The notes under the pieces: generated by a model
The model's input: only the letters and a program-made list of their open reading frames with translations
Told to the model about the DNA's origin: nothing
The model's database searches: none
Shown here: in pieces, positions 39,137 to 48,473 of the stretch
Layout: every line of letters begins with the position of its first letter
Numbering within the stretch: the stretch's first letter is position 1
Origin: a bacterium
Lineage (GTDB): Bacteria; Chloroflexota; Dormibacteria; Aeolococcales; Bog-877
Direction: 5' to 3'
Length of the DNA stretch: 64,000 bases
Assembly: GCA_021827985.1 (NCBI GenBank)
Contig: JAKATL010000007.1
Span: 13,764-77,763 of the forward strand
Translations under genes and position numbers: made by a program

Positions 39137-39687
39137 TGGCGCGAGTGTGGCGCTTCGGCGATTCAGTGAACACGGACCAGATCATTCCCGGCCGCTACAA
39201 CCTGACCACCGACTGGGCGGCCCTGGGCCGGGCCTGCTTTGTGGAGCTTCGTCCCGACTTCACCTCCGGGGTCCGCCCCGGCGACGTGATCGTGGCCGGA
39301 GAGGACTTTGGATGCGGCAGCTCGCGAGAGCACGCCGTCATCGCCCTGCAGGCGGCTGGTGTGGGGGCCGTGGTCGCCCCCAGCTACGCCCGCATCTTCT
39401 ACCGCAACGCCATCAATCGCGGGCTGACCCTGCTCGAGTGCTCCGACCTCGGTTCCCTGGCAGACGGCGCCGAGGTTGAGCTGGACCGCATCAGCGGCGT
39501 TCTGCGGGAGGCCAGCACCGGTCGGGAGTGGCGGGCCCGGCCACTGCCCGAGTTCGCCCAGCGGATCGCCAGGCACGGGGGCGTCCTGGAGCTGGTCCAA
39601 GCCCACGGCGGTCTGCGGGGCGAGTGCGGGCCCGACTGTGGCTCCGGCCTCGCCCCGGTCCCAGGAGGTGAGTCCGATGTCCGATGA
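39136..39687 (+). CDS. homoaconitase / 3-isopropylmalate dehydratase small subunit family
   Basis: MARVWRFGDSVNTDQIIPGRY...VIVAGEDFGCGSSREHAVIAL...AVVAPSYARIFYRNAINRGL. ATGA overlap with the large subunit. Confidence 0.85.
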   Translation: MARVWRFGDSVNTDQIIPGRYNLTTDWAALGRACFVELRPDFTSGVRPGDVIVAGEDFGCGSSREHAVIALQAAGVGAVVAPSYARIFYRNAINRGLTLLECSDLGSLADGAEVELDRISGVLREASTGREWRARPLPEFAQRIARHGGVLELVQAHGGLRGECGPDCGSGLAPVPGGESDVR

Positions 39688-39865
39688 CCTCAACCCGCAG
39701 GCTGGCGAGTGCCCCGAATGCGCCGCCGTCTTCGTGCTGCCCACAGGTACTGTCGTGGGCGAGATCCTCCCCTGCCCGGACTGCGCGGCCGAGCTGGAGG
39801 TGGTCGCACTCGACCCTCCTAGGCTGGCTCTGGCCCCGGAGATAGAGGAGGACTGGGGGGAGTGA
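39677..39865 (+). CDS. lysW: amino-group carrier protein LysW (62 aa)
   Basis: MSDDLNPQAGECPECAAVFVLPTGTVVGEILPCPDCAAELEVVALDPPRLALAPEIEEDWGE has a CPEC...CPDC zinc ribbon and the invariant C-terminal EDWGE. A strong AGGAGGTG RBS precedes it. Confidence 0.9.
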   Translation: MSDDLNPQAGECPECAAVFVLPTGTVVGEILPCPDCAAELEVVALDPPRLALAPEIEEDWGE

Positions 39866-40743
39866 GTGCGCTGCGTTTCGGACTGGTGTGCTCGCGGGTG
39901 AGGGTCGAGGAGAAGCTTCTTCTGGAGGCGCTGGCCCGGCATGTGGGGCTGGAGGTGGTCCAGTTCGACGATGAGCTGTTCGAGGCGCCCTTGGTGGGGG
40001 GGAGGCCGCTCTCTGGCCCGCTGGCGGCTCTGAGCGGATGCGACGTCGTCCTGCTCCGCTCTCTCAGCCATGCCCGCCAGGTGACCATGGCGCGGGTACT
40101 CGAGGCCTGGGGCGTCCCGACCGTCAACCGGGCCGACGTCCTGGAGACCTGCGGGGACAAGGTCCGCACCACGCTGGCTCTGGTGGCCGCCGGGGTCCCC
40201 ACCCCCCCGACCAGGGTGGCGTTCACCGTGGAGGCGGCACTGGCGGCGGTTGAGGCGCTGGGCTACCCCTGCGTTGTCAAGCCAGTGACCGGATCCTGGG
40301 GGAGACTGGTGGGTCGCCTCAACGACCGCGACGCGGCCGAGTCGGTCCTGGAGCACAAGTCGCTGCTCGGAGGGGCATTACATCGAGTGGCGTACCTCCA
40401 GGCGCACATCGACAAACCGGGTCGGGACCTGCGTGCCTTTGTGATCGGAGGGCGCACCGCGGCGGTGATCGGACGGCGGTCATCGCACTGGGTCACCAAC
40501 ACCGCCCGGGGGGCGGTCGCGGAGGCCGTCCCCGTGTCCGACGAGCTCGACCACATGTGCCGCCGTGCGGCCGCAGCGGTGGGTGGTGGGGCCTTGGCGG
40601 TGGACCTTCTGGAGAGTCGCGATGGGCTCCTGGTCAATGAGGTGAACGGCACCATGGAATTCCGCAACAGCGTGGCTCCAACCGGAGTCGACATTCCTGG
40701 CCTGCTGGTGGCGCACGCGCTGGACGTGGCGGGGGGCGGGTGA
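39862..40743 (+). CDS. lysX: LysX, RimK-type ATP-grasp ligase (alpha-aminoadipate-LysW ligase)
   Basis: ATP-grasp pattern GYPCVVKPVTGSWGRLV...VAYLQAHIDKPGRDLRAFVIGGR...GGGALAVDLLESRDGLLVNEVNGTMEF. GTG start in a GTGA overlap with the lysW stop. Confidence 0.9.
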   Translation: MSALRFGLVCSRVRVEEKLLLEALARHVGLEVVQFDDELFEAPLVGGRPLSGPLAALSGCDVVLLRSLSHARQVTMARVLEAWGVPTVNRADVLETCGDKVRTTLALVAAGVPTPPTRVAFTVEAALAAVEALGYPCVVKPVTGSWGRLVGRLNDRDAAESVLEHKSLLGGALHRVAYLQAHIDKPGRDLRAFVIGGRTAAVIGRRSSHWVTNTARGAVAEAVPVSDELDHMCRRAAAAVGGGALAVDLLESRDGLLVNEVNGTMEFRNSVAPTGVDIPGLLVAHALDVAGGG

Positions 40744-41780
40744 TGCGCGTGAGCGTGGTGGGTGGCGCGGGATATGTCGGGGGGGAGCTGGTCCGCTATC
40801 TCCTTGGGCACCCGGGACTGGAGCTGGCCCAGGTGACATCGTCGTCCCTGCCGGGCCGGCCCGTCACCATGGTCCATCCCAATCTGCGGGGCTTCACCTC
40901 CATGCGGTTCGTCGCACCCGATCAGTTACGGCCGTGCGACGCCGTGGTCGTGGCTGGAGGCGAGGGCCCGGCGCAGGTGCCGTCCCTGAGTGAGCTGCGA
41001 GCGGTTGCCCCGCTGGTCGTGGACTGTGGGCCCCGCCTTCGCCTGCGCGACCCGGATGCCTTTCGGGCGTGGTACCGGAGCGAGCCGGAGCCCCCCGAGG
41101 TCCTCCGGGAAGCCGTCTATGGGCTTCCCGAGCTGGGGCGCGCAGAGATCCTCGGCTCGAGCCTCGTCAGCGGGGTGGGCTGCTCGGCGGCGGCCGCGAT
41201 CCTGGCGCTGCTCCCCGTGGCCCGCGCGGGTTGGAAGTTGACCGCGCCCGCCTGCGTCGAGGCCAGGTTCGGGTCGTCAGCCGCCGGGTCTCGGCCGGAT
41301 CTGTCCACCCATCATCCGGAGCGTTCCGGAGCGCTCCGGGTGTTTGCCCCGGATCACCACCGGCACGCCGCCGAGGTCGCCCAGGCACTTGGTTGGGAGG
41401 CAAGCCGCCTCAGCTACGCCGGGATGGGGGTGGAGATGGTCCGCGGAATCTCGGTTTCCATCCGCTGCTTTCTCGCCGACCCGGTTCCCGAGAAGGACCT
41501 CTGGGACGCCTTCCGGTCCACCTATCGAGACGAGCCCTTCGTCCGGGTGGTAGCCCAGAGGGCGGGCCTGCACCGCCACCCGGACCCCCGGTGGCTGGCG
41601 GGCACCAACCTGTGCGACGTCGGCTTCTGGCTGGACCGTTCCGGCCTCCGCCTGAGCCTCTTCGCCGCCCTGGACAACCTGGGCAAGGGATCGGCGGGCA
41701 ACGCGGTCCAGGCCCTCAACTGCGCGTTGGGGATGGACGAACGGTTGGGACTGACGTTCATGGGGCTGCACCCTCTGTGA
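40743..41780 (+). CDS. lysY: LysY/ArgC-family [LysW]-aminoadipyl-phosphate reductase (N-acetyl-gamma-glutamyl-phosphate reductase homolog)
   Basis: MRVSVVGGAGYVGGELVRYLLGHPGLEL shows the NAD(P) Rossmann pattern, VSGVGCSAAAAILAL the catalytic Cys, and ALDNLGKGSAGNAVQALN the ArgC C-terminus. Confidence 0.9.
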   Translation: MRVSVVGGAGYVGGELVRYLLGHPGLELAQVTSSSLPGRPVTMVHPNLRGFTSMRFVAPDQLRPCDAVVVAGGEGPAQVPSLSELRAVAPLVVDCGPRLRLRDPDAFRAWYRSEPEPPEVLREAVYGLPELGRAEILGSSLVSGVGCSAAAAILALLPVARAGWKLTAPACVEARFGSSAAGSRPDLSTHHPERSGALRVFAPDHHRHAAEVAQALGWEASRLSYAGMGVEMVRGISVSIRCFLADPVPEKDLWDAFRSTYRDEPFVRVVAQRAGLHRHPDPRWLAGTNLCDVGFWLDRSGLRLSLFAALDNLGKGSAGNAVQALNCALGMDERLGLTFMGLHPL

Positions 41781-41820
41781 GCTTCGGGTGCCGGAATCCA
41801 GCTGGCCGAGGGACGATCCG

Positions 41821-42651
41821 ATGCTGGTGGTGAAGGTGGGCGGAGGTCAATCCATAGCTTGGGACGAGGTGTGCGCCGACCTGGCCAGGCGATGGCGCCA
41901 GGAGCCGGTGGTGCTGCTGCACGGGGCCTCCAAGGAGCTGGATCAGATCTCGGCACGCCTCGGGCAGCCCCCCAGGCACGTGCGTTCCGCGTCGGGAATC
42001 GAGAGCCGCTTCACCGATGACGCGACCATGGAGATCTTCACGATGGTCTACGCCGGCAGCGCCAATGTGCGGGTGGTGGCGCGCCTGCTGGCCCACGGAG
42101 TCGTGGCTCTGGGGCTGAGCGGGGTCGACGGGGCTGTGCTCCGGGGGCCCGAAAAGGGAGTCCTGAGGACGCGCGACGAGGATGGCCGGCAGCGCGTGGT
42201 CCGCGGTGACCGCACCGGCGTGGTCAGTGAGGTGAACTCTTCCCTGCTCCGGCTGCTGCTGGACGGCGGCTACATGCCCGTCCTCTGCCCCCCGGCCCTC
42301 TCCGACCAGGGCCGGCCCATGAACGTCGACGGGGACAGGGCCGCGGCCAGGGTGGCGTGCGCTCTCGGGGCGGACACCCTGGTGTTGCTCAGCGACGTGC
42401 CGGGGCTGCTGCGAGACCCCGACGACGAAGGCTCGTTGGTGGCGGAGTTCCGCCGCCACGAGATCGGGCGGGCCATGGAGATGGCCCGAGGGAGGATGCG
42501 GTTGAAGGTGCTGGCGGCCCGGGAGGCATTGCAGGGCGGGGTCCGCCGCGTCGTCCTCGCCGACGGGCGGAAGGCCCGACCCGTGTCGAGGGCCTGTCGC
42601 GGCGAGGGGACGGTGTTCCGCCGCTCCGGGGCGCCCCGGTCGCGGGAGTGA
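41821..42651 (+). CDS. lysZ: LysZ/ArgB-family [LysW]-aminoadipate kinase (acetylglutamate kinase homolog)
   Basis: MLVVKVGGG, VVLLHGAS, GGYMPVLCPPALSDQGRPMNVDGDRAAARVACALGADTLVLLSDVPGLL match the amino-acid kinase family. The start is at the ATG after a GAGGGA RBS. Confidence 0.85.
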   Translation: MLVVKVGGGQSIAWDEVCADLARRWRQEPVVLLHGASKELDQISARLGQPPRHVRSASGIESRFTDDATMEIFTMVYAGSANVRVVARLLAHGVVALGLSGVDGAVLRGPEKGVLRTRDEDGRQRVVRGDRTGVVSEVNSSLLRLLLDGGYMPVLCPPALSDQGRPMNVDGDRAAARVACALGADTLVLLSDVPGLLRDPDDEGSLVAEFRRHEIGRAMEMARGRMRLKVLAAREALQGGVRRVVLADGRKARPVSRACRGEGTVFRRSGAPRSRE

Positions 42652-43766
42652 ACTTGTCCCCGGCACGGGCCGGTCTTGCCGGGCCGTTGGTCCCAGCTGG
42701 GGGACCCAGTGGCGCGGAGGTTGCCCTGCTCCGGGGCCTGGTCGCGGTGCCCAGCCCGTCCGGGGAGGAGCGCCCCGCGGCCGACTGGCTGCTGGCCCGG
42801 CTGGGGGAGATGGGCGTCGCGGCGCACCTGGACCAGGTGGGAAATGTCATTGCCGCGGTGGATCCGACTGCCGGGTCGGGTGCGAGCCAGGGCCCGATCT
42901 ACCTTCTTGGCCACATCGACACAGTGGCCGGGTTCTGGGAGCCGAGGGAGTCAGGGGGCACGCTCTGGGGTCGTGGGAGCTCGGACGCGAAGGGGCCCCT
43001 GTGCGCCTTCGTGGCGGCCGCGGTGCGGGCCAGGGAAAGCCGCCGGCTGCGCCGGCGGGTCCTGATTCTCGGCGCCGTGGAGGAGGAGACCACCTCGCGC
43101 GGGGCCCGTCACCTGGCAGCGTCCCTGCCGCCGCCGGCCTTCCTGGTGGTGGGGGAACCCTCAGGGTCCGGTCGCGTCGTGGTGGGCTACATGGGCAGCC
43201 TCAGGTGCCGGCTGGAGGTCAGTCGCGGCGTCGCCCACACCTCTGGCCCCCATCCGACCGCTGCCGAACTTGCCATCGAGACCTGGTCGTCGGTGCGCCG
43301 GCTGGTCGACCGTCTGAACTCGGGGCGCAGGGGATTCGGGGCGGTCCAGCTCCACCTCCTGGGCTTCGACACCGTCTCTGATGGGCTGATGGAGACCGCC
43401 GCCTTGAACCTGAGCTTCAGGCTACCCGTCGGCCTTCCCTGCCAGCAGATGCTTCTCCACCTCCGCCGGCTCCATCCGCGCGCCAGCTGGCGCGCGGATG
43501 GCGGGGAAGACGCGGTCGTGGTGCCGCGCCGCGGGCCGCTGCCGGCCGCCTTTGCACAGGCGATCAGAGCCGCGGGGGGTGACCCCGGGTGGCAGCACCG
43601 CCTGGCGACCTCGGACCTCAACGTGGTCATGCCGACCTGGCGCTGCCCTGCGGTGGTCTACGGCCCCGGCGACTCCCGCTCCGATCACACGCCGGCAGAG
43701 GCGATCACCCTCTCCGACTACGGGCGAGCCATCGGGGTCCTCACCTCGGTCCTGGGCTCGCTGTGA
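42648..43766 (+). CDS. lysK: LysK/ArgE-family M20 metallohydrolase ([LysW]-lysine hydrolase)
   Basis: LLGHIDTVAG, GRGSSDAKGPLCAFVAA, GAVEEETTS and VVGEPSG are the M20 His/Asp/Glu metal ligands. The GTG start overlaps the lysZ stop. The listed ORF 42357.. is a spurious 5' extension. Confidence 0.8.
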   Translation: MNLSPARAGLAGPLVPAGGPSGAEVALLRGLVAVPSPSGEERPAADWLLARLGEMGVAAHLDQVGNVIAAVDPTAGSGASQGPIYLLGHIDTVAGFWEPRESGGTLWGRGSSDAKGPLCAFVAAAVRARESRRLRRRVLILGAVEEETTSRGARHLAASLPPPAFLVVGEPSGSGRVVVGYMGSLRCRLEVSRGVAHTSGPHPTAAELAIETWSSVRRLVDRLNSGRRGFGAVQLHLLGFDTVSDGLMETAALNLSFRLPVGLPCQQMLLHLRRLHPRASWRADGGEDAVVVPRRGPLPAAFAQAIRAAGGDPGWQHRLATSDLNVVMPTWRCPAVVYGPGDSRSDHTPAEAITLSDYGRAIGVLTSVLGSL

Positions 43767-43801
43767 GGAGGTCCGCCCACGACGGCCGGGCACGGCAGCT
43801 G

Positions 43802-44839
43802 ATGGTGCTGGCGGGAGACGGGATCGGACCAGAGGTGGTGGGCGCCGCCCTCGAAGTTCTTGACGTTCTCCGGGAGCGGCTGCCCTGGCCGGTGGAGGTC
43901 CACCAGGCCCCTCTCGGGCGGGCCGCCCTCAGAGCCTACGGGGAGACGGCGCCCGCGCATGTGCTCAGGGAGGCGCGCCGAGCGGACGCGGTGCTGGTCG
44001 GCGCGGTGGACACCGTGGGAGCGGTGGCGGACGGCGCCAGTGGACCTTCGGCCATCCTGGTGTTGCGCCGGGCCCTTGGTTGTCACGCGGCCTTGCGGCC
44101 CGTGCGAGGCTGGCCGGGGGTGGCCCACGCCTCGCCGATCCGCACCAGGGCAAGCACCCAGCTCGACCTTCTCTTCGTGCGCGACCTGAGGGGCGGAGCC
44201 TTCGCCGGGCCCCACCGGCGGACCTCCCTTGCGGTCGGGGGAAGGGCCGCCACGGACCGGATGGCCTACACCGAGTCGCAGGTCCGCCGGGTGGCCCAGG
44301 CGGCATTCGCGTGCGCGGGGCAGCGCCGTGGCCAGCTCACCTCCGTTGAGTATGGCCCCGGCTTGGCCACCGGGGCTCTCTGGACAGCGGTGCTGGGTGA
44401 GGTGGCCGTCCAGCATCCGCAGGTCGGATTCCAGCGCATGCGGATCGGGGACTTCTGGCGCCTGCTCCTGCGCCGGCCCCAGGACTTCGACGTGGTGGTG
44501 ACCGAGAATCTGCTTGGTGACATTCTGAGCGATGCGGCTGCGGCCCTGGCCGGGTCGCTGGGGCTGATGCCCTCTGCGAGCCTGGGGCCGCCAGACCGCC
44601 CGGCTCTGTACGAGCCCGTGCATGGCGCCGCGCCACAGCTTGCGGGACAGGGGTCAGCCAATCCATTGGGGGCGATTCTGAGCTTGGCCATGCTCCTCGC
44701 TGACTGGGGCCGGGACGAGGCCGCTGCCGCCATAGAGGTAGCGGTTGCCGCCGCCTTGCGAGCCGGGGTCGCCACCCCCGACATCGGCGGAAGCGCCACC
44801 ACCGCCTCCATGACGGCCAGTGTGCTGGAGCGCCTCTGA
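43802..44839 (+). CDS. homoisocitrate/isocitrate/isopropylmalate dehydrogenase-family enzyme (HICDH in this context)
   Basis: MVLAGDGIGPEVV is the N-terminal motif. VVVTENLLGDILSDAAAALAGSLGLMPSASLG and LYEPVHGAAPQLAGQGSANPLGAILSLAMLL are the beta-decarboxylating dehydrogenase signature. Confidence 0.8.
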   Translation: MVLAGDGIGPEVVGAALEVLDVLRERLPWPVEVHQAPLGRAALRAYGETAPAHVLREARRADAVLVGAVDTVGAVADGASGPSAILVLRRALGCHAALRPVRGWPGVAHASPIRTRASTQLDLLFVRDLRGGAFAGPHRRTSLAVGGRAATDRMAYTESQVRRVAQAAFACAGQRRGQLTSVEYGPGLATGALWTAVLGEVAVQHPQVGFQRMRIGDFWRLLLRRPQDFDVVVTENLLGDILSDAAAALAGSLGLMPSASLGPPDRPALYEPVHGAAPQLAGQGSANPLGAILSLAMLLADWGRDEAAAAIEVAVAAALRAGVATPDIGGSATTASMTASVLERL

Positions 44840-45305
44840 CGGCCGCCCTCTCGGGCGCCGGGGCGGTGGCGGCCCGTCTCGCGACCAGCAGGGCCAGCTT
44901 CCCCCTGAGACCCGGCGATGGCCGCCGGAGGGGCGCGCGGATCCCCGCAGCCGGACCCCGCCGGCCTGCGGGGCCTTCTTACCGGCTGCAGATCTGACGG
45001 GCCCTTCGGCAACATCGGCCCTTCCCGGTCGTGACCCCGCGTGAACCATCGCCCCTTGGGGGTGGGGCCCGCGTGGAGGGAGACTCAGCTCCCGTGGTTG
45101 GGATGGTGGGTGGACGCAAAGTCAGCTTGGTGAGGACCGGGAAGACGGGCGCCTGCACCCGCTCTGATCTGCCCACCCGGAGGGGCTGAGCCAGCCCAGC
45201 AGCGCCCCGGGACCGGCCGGCTCGCTCGAACGGATGTATCATCGGCGGAGACCGGCCGACATGCCTGCCGGAGGTACGGAGTGAGCGCGCCCGCGCGGCC
45301 GGGGC

Positions 45306-46607
45306 TTGACGGCTGACCGGCAGGCTGAGGAGGCCATCTTGGAAGAGCCGGACCGACTCCTTGGAGGTGTCACCGGGTACCTGCTCGGCCTCCGACCACG
45401 GCTCCCGGCCGCAGTCTGGACCGTGGTGGCCGGGGGAGCGGTTTCTGCTCTGGGCAACGGTTTCGTCCTTCCGTACGGCTCCATCTACCTGCATGTGGTG
45501 CGCGGCATCCCGATACCCGTGGTAGGCGCCCTTCTCTCCTTCTCGGCGCTGGCCTCGCTCCTGGTGGCGGTGGCCGGAGGCACCCTGGTGGACCGGCTCA
45601 GCCCCAAGGCGGTGATCCTCCTCGGGCTGGGATTCCAGACGGTGGGGTTTGCGTCCCTGGGGTTTGCCACCGGGATTCCCCAGGCCGCGCTCTCGCTGGG
45701 GCTGGTGGGGCTGGGTGCCGGGTGCTTCTTCCCCGCCCTGGGGGCATTGCTGGCGGCCATAACTACCCGGGCGGAGCGGACCGCCGCCGCCTCACTACAA
45801 TATGCCGCCAACAACCTAGGCATCGGCGTGGGCGCCATCGTGGGCGGGCTGCTGGTGTCCACCTCCCGCCCCAGCAGCTTCACCCTGGTCTACCTGCTGG
45901 ACGCCGCCACCTTCGTGGTCTTCGCCGCGGTGGCGATCCTGCTGGTGCCTTCCGGACGGCACCGTGAGGAGCGGGCCAAGAGTTCCGGGTATCTCGCCGT
46001 CCTACGGGACTGGCGCTTCATGGCGGTGGTGCTCTTCAACGTCATGGTGGTGGTCTCCACCTACTCCCAGCTGGACAGCTCTGTGCCCCTGTACGCCCGG
46101 GTCTTCCTCAGGGTGCCCACGGCCGCCATCGGGCTGATCCTCGCCGCCAACACGGCGTTCATCGTCCTCGCCCAGCTGCCCCTGGCCAGAGCCGTCCGCG
46201 CGGTGCCCCGCACCACGACCCTAACCCTGTGCGGAGCAGTCTGGGCCGCCTGCTGGATGGTCGGCTGGCTGGCCAGCCTGGAGCGGGGCCTGGCGGCGGC
46301 TGCCTGGCTCGGAGTCTTCGCCGTGATCTTCGGCGCCGGCGAGTGCTTGCTCAGCGCCACTCTGGGACCCCTGGTCGCCGATCTGGCGCGCCCGGCTCTT
46401 CGCGGCCGCTACATGGCCGCCTTCAATCTCTCATGGTCGATTGGACTGCTGGTCGGACCGAGCTTGGGGGGAGTTCTGGTGGGGTCCTTCCTGCGGCCCT
46501 GGATGTGGCTGACCTGGGCCGCCGTCGCCGTTGGGCTCGCGGTCTGGGCCTCACTGTTGGCCCGCTGGTTGCCCGACGCGGTCAACCGGGCGCCTCTGCC
46601 TGCCTGA
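45306..46607 (+). CDS. MFS transporter (12 TM)
   Basis: Twelve hydrophobic segments with MFS loop motifs (GTLVDRLSPKAV, LGPLVADLARPALRGRYMA). Confidence 0.8.
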   Translation: MTADRQAEEAILEEPDRLLGGVTGYLLGLRPRLPAAVWTVVAGGAVSALGNGFVLPYGSIYLHVVRGIPIPVVGALLSFSALASLLVAVAGGTLVDRLSPKAVILLGLGFQTVGFASLGFATGIPQAALSLGLVGLGAGCFFPALGALLAAITTRAERTAAASLQYAANNLGIGVGAIVGGLLVSTSRPSSFTLVYLLDAATFVVFAAVAILLVPSGRHREERAKSSGYLAVLRDWRFMAVVLFNVMVVVSTYSQLDSSVPLYARVFLRVPTAAIGLILAANTAFIVLAQLPLARAVRAVPRTTTLTLCGAVWAACWMVGWLASLERGLAAAAWLGVFAVIFGAGECLLSATLGPLVADLARPALRGRYMAAFNLSWSIGLLVGPSLGGVLVGSFLRPWMWLTWAAVAVGLAVWASLLARWLPDAVNRAPLPA

Positions 46608-46667
46608 CGTGCCGCACGGCTCCCCGGGTGGACGGTGGGCGGGCTGGCGACGAGACCGGCGCCCGGT

Positions 46668-47084
46668 CTAGGCGGATACGGCGATGCTGACCTCGGGGGG
46701 CTGGCGCAGGGAGTTGTGGACGGTGCAGCGGGCGGCCACCGAGAGCAGCGACTCCTGCACCTCCGGTGGCAGCTGGGAGACCCCGCTCACCCCGAGGGAG
46801 ATCCGGCTCACCCGGTAGGGCCGGGTGGCGTACTCGACCTCTGATGTGACGGCCAGGCTGTCCACTGGGTGGCCATGGCGGGTGAGGAAGCGGCGGACGT
46901 AGAACCCGACGCAGGCGGCCAGGCTGGCGATGAAGAGCTCGGTGGGGGTGGGGGCGGTGTCCTCGCCGCCATCCGTCTCCGGCTGGTCAACGTGCAGGAT
47001 GTGCTGGCGCATGGAGAGCCGGAACCGGTCGCCCGACTCGTGCTCGACCCGCACGGCCACCTCGGCGGCGGTCCCCGCCTCCAC
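46668..47084 (-). CDS. OsmC/Ohr-family peroxiredoxin-like protein
   Basis: GDRFRLSMRQHILHVDQPETDGGEDTAPTPTELFIASLAACVGFYVRRFL...TSEVEY fits the OsmC fold with its conserved Cys pair context. The start is a GTG 2 nt after the trxA stop. The longer listed ORF upstream is Arg/Gly-rich non-protein-like sequence. Confidence 0.7.
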   Translation of the reverse strand: MEAGTAAEVAVRVEHESGDRFRLSMRQHILHVDQPETDGGEDTAPTPTELFIASLAACVGFYVRRFLTRHGHPVDSLAVTSEVEYATRPYRVSRISLGVSGVSQLPPEVQESLLSVAARCTVHNSLRQPPEVSIAVSA

Positions 47085-47086
47085 TG

Positions 47087-47464
47087 TCAGACGGCCTCGG
47101 GCGCGGCCTGGGCCGCCTCCACCTGGGCGCGGACCTCGTCCATGTCCAGCTCCTCGACAGCCGCGATGAGCTTCTCCAGCGAGCTGGCCGGCAGCGCCCC
47201 CGGCTGGGCGAACACCAGGATGCCGTCGCGGAAGACCATCAGCGTGGGAATGGAGCGGATCCCCAGCCCCTGCGCCAGCCCCGGCTCGGCCTCGGTGTCG
47301 ACCTTGGCGAACACCATCGAAGGATGCTTCTCCGAGGCCGCCTGGAACACCGGAGCGAAGGCCCGGCAGGGGCCGCACCAGGCCGCCCAGAAGTCGACCA
47401 GGACCATCCCCGGCCCGTTTACCGTCTTCTCGAAATCTGCCTCGCCGAGTGCGGTGGTGGCCAT
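47087..47464 (-). CDS. trxA: thioredoxin
   Basis: The WCGPC active site sits in VLVDFWAAWCGPCRAFAPVF. The fold pattern AKVDTEAEPGLAQGLGIRSIPTLMVF is typical. The start was trimmed to MATTALGE. Confidence 0.85.
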   Translation of the reverse strand: MATTALGEADFEKTVNGPGMVLVDFWAAWCGPCRAFAPVFQAASEKHPSMVFAKVDTEAEPGLAQGLGIRSIPTLMVFRDGILVFAQPGALPASSLEKLIAAVEELDMDEVRAQVEAAQAAPEAV

Positions 47465-47577
47465 GGCTGCCTCGCTATGAATGTACCCCAGTGGGTATGG
47501 CTTGCTGACGCAAGTGTACACCAGACTCGCGTGCCAGTACGAATGGGAGCGGGCTGCGGCGCCCGTCTTGCACCGGG

Positions 47578-48423
47578 TCAGATCCCGATGAGCACGACCG
47601 AGATGGCGGCTGCCAGCAGGCCCGCCCGTTGCACCCGGTTCCAGCGCTCTCCCAGCCCGAACCGTGCCAGGAGCACGGTCACCGCCGGGTAGAGGGAGCT
47701 GATTACCGCCACCAGCGCCAGCTGTGCCAGGCCGGTCGCCTGCAGGAAGAGGATGTTGCCGGCACCCCCCAGGATCCCCGCCCCGGCGGCCAGAGGTGCC
47801 ACCCGGCGCCAGCCGCCGCCACCCGATCGGACTGCGGCGCTCCCGACGATGAGGAGCGACACCAGCTGCCCGGAGATCAGTGGCCAGGTTCCGGATGCCG
47901 TGCCGGCTCGATCCAGGGCGATGAAGAGAAGGGCGAAGCCCACGCCGGCCAGGAGCGCCTCAGAAACGCCGAGGCCCCTGGCACGGTGCTCCCGGGCCTG
48001 CCAGGAGACCATGGCCACCGCCGGGATGGCGATCACCATCCCGGCCAGCTGCACCGCGGCCGGTCGGTTCCCCAGCGCCAGCCCCACGGCCGCGGGTATC
48101 AGCGCTGCCAGCACTCCGGAGAGCGTCGCCACCACCGTCATCTCGCCGATCGCCAGGCCGCGGTAGAGCGCCAGGATCCCGAACCCGCTGCCCAAGCCGC
48201 TGGCGGCTCCCCAGGCGAGGGCGGCCGGAGCCGGCCCCGACCAGGGGAAGAGCAGCAGCCCCAGAACTGCCGCGGTCAGGGCCAGAGGCTGCCCGGTGAC
48301 TGCCACCAGGGCCGTTGACCCACGGCGCCCGGCCACGCCGGCGAGGAAGTCGGAAGCGCCGTAGCCCACCGCGGCGCACAGGCTCAGGGCGATCCCCACC
48401 CGGCCAGCGTACTGGGGCGACAA
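47578..48423 (-). CDS. EamA/DMT-superfamily transporter (10 TM)
   Basis: Two EamA-like repeats of hydrophobic helices (GIALSLCAAVGYGASDFLAGV..., ...AGILGGAGNILFLQATGLAQLALVAVISSLYPAVTVLLA). TTG/GTG start. The upstream part of the listed ORF is Arg/Pro-rich non-protein-like sequence. Confidence 0.7.
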   Translation of the reverse strand: MSPQYAGRVGIALSLCAAVGYGASDFLAGVAGRRGSTALVAVTGQPLALTAAVLGLLLFPWSGPAPAALAWGAASGLGSGFGILALYRGLAIGEMTVVATLSGVLAALIPAAVGLALGNRPAAVQLAGMVIAIPAVAMVSWQAREHRARGLGVSEALLAGVGFALLFIALDRAGTASGTWPLISGQLVSLLIVGSAAVRSGGGGWRRVAPLAAGAGILGGAGNILFLQATGLAQLALVAVISSLYPAVTVLLARFGLGERWNRVQRAGLLAAAISVVLIGI

Positions 48424-48473
48424 GCGCCATCGCCATCCGCCGCCCCCGGGGTCGGGCCAGCTCCGCCCCTGGT

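Noticed and set aside
42357-42647. 5' extension of listed ORF 42357..43766 (lysK)
   Set aside because: It overlaps lysZ and its translation is not protein-like. The M20 homology begins at the GTG overlapping the lysZ stop.
46668-47378. 236-aa version of the OsmC ORF
   Set aside because: The upstream 100 codons are Arg/Gly-rich and overlap trxA. The OsmC fold homology fits a 138-aa protein starting at the GTG after the trxA stop.
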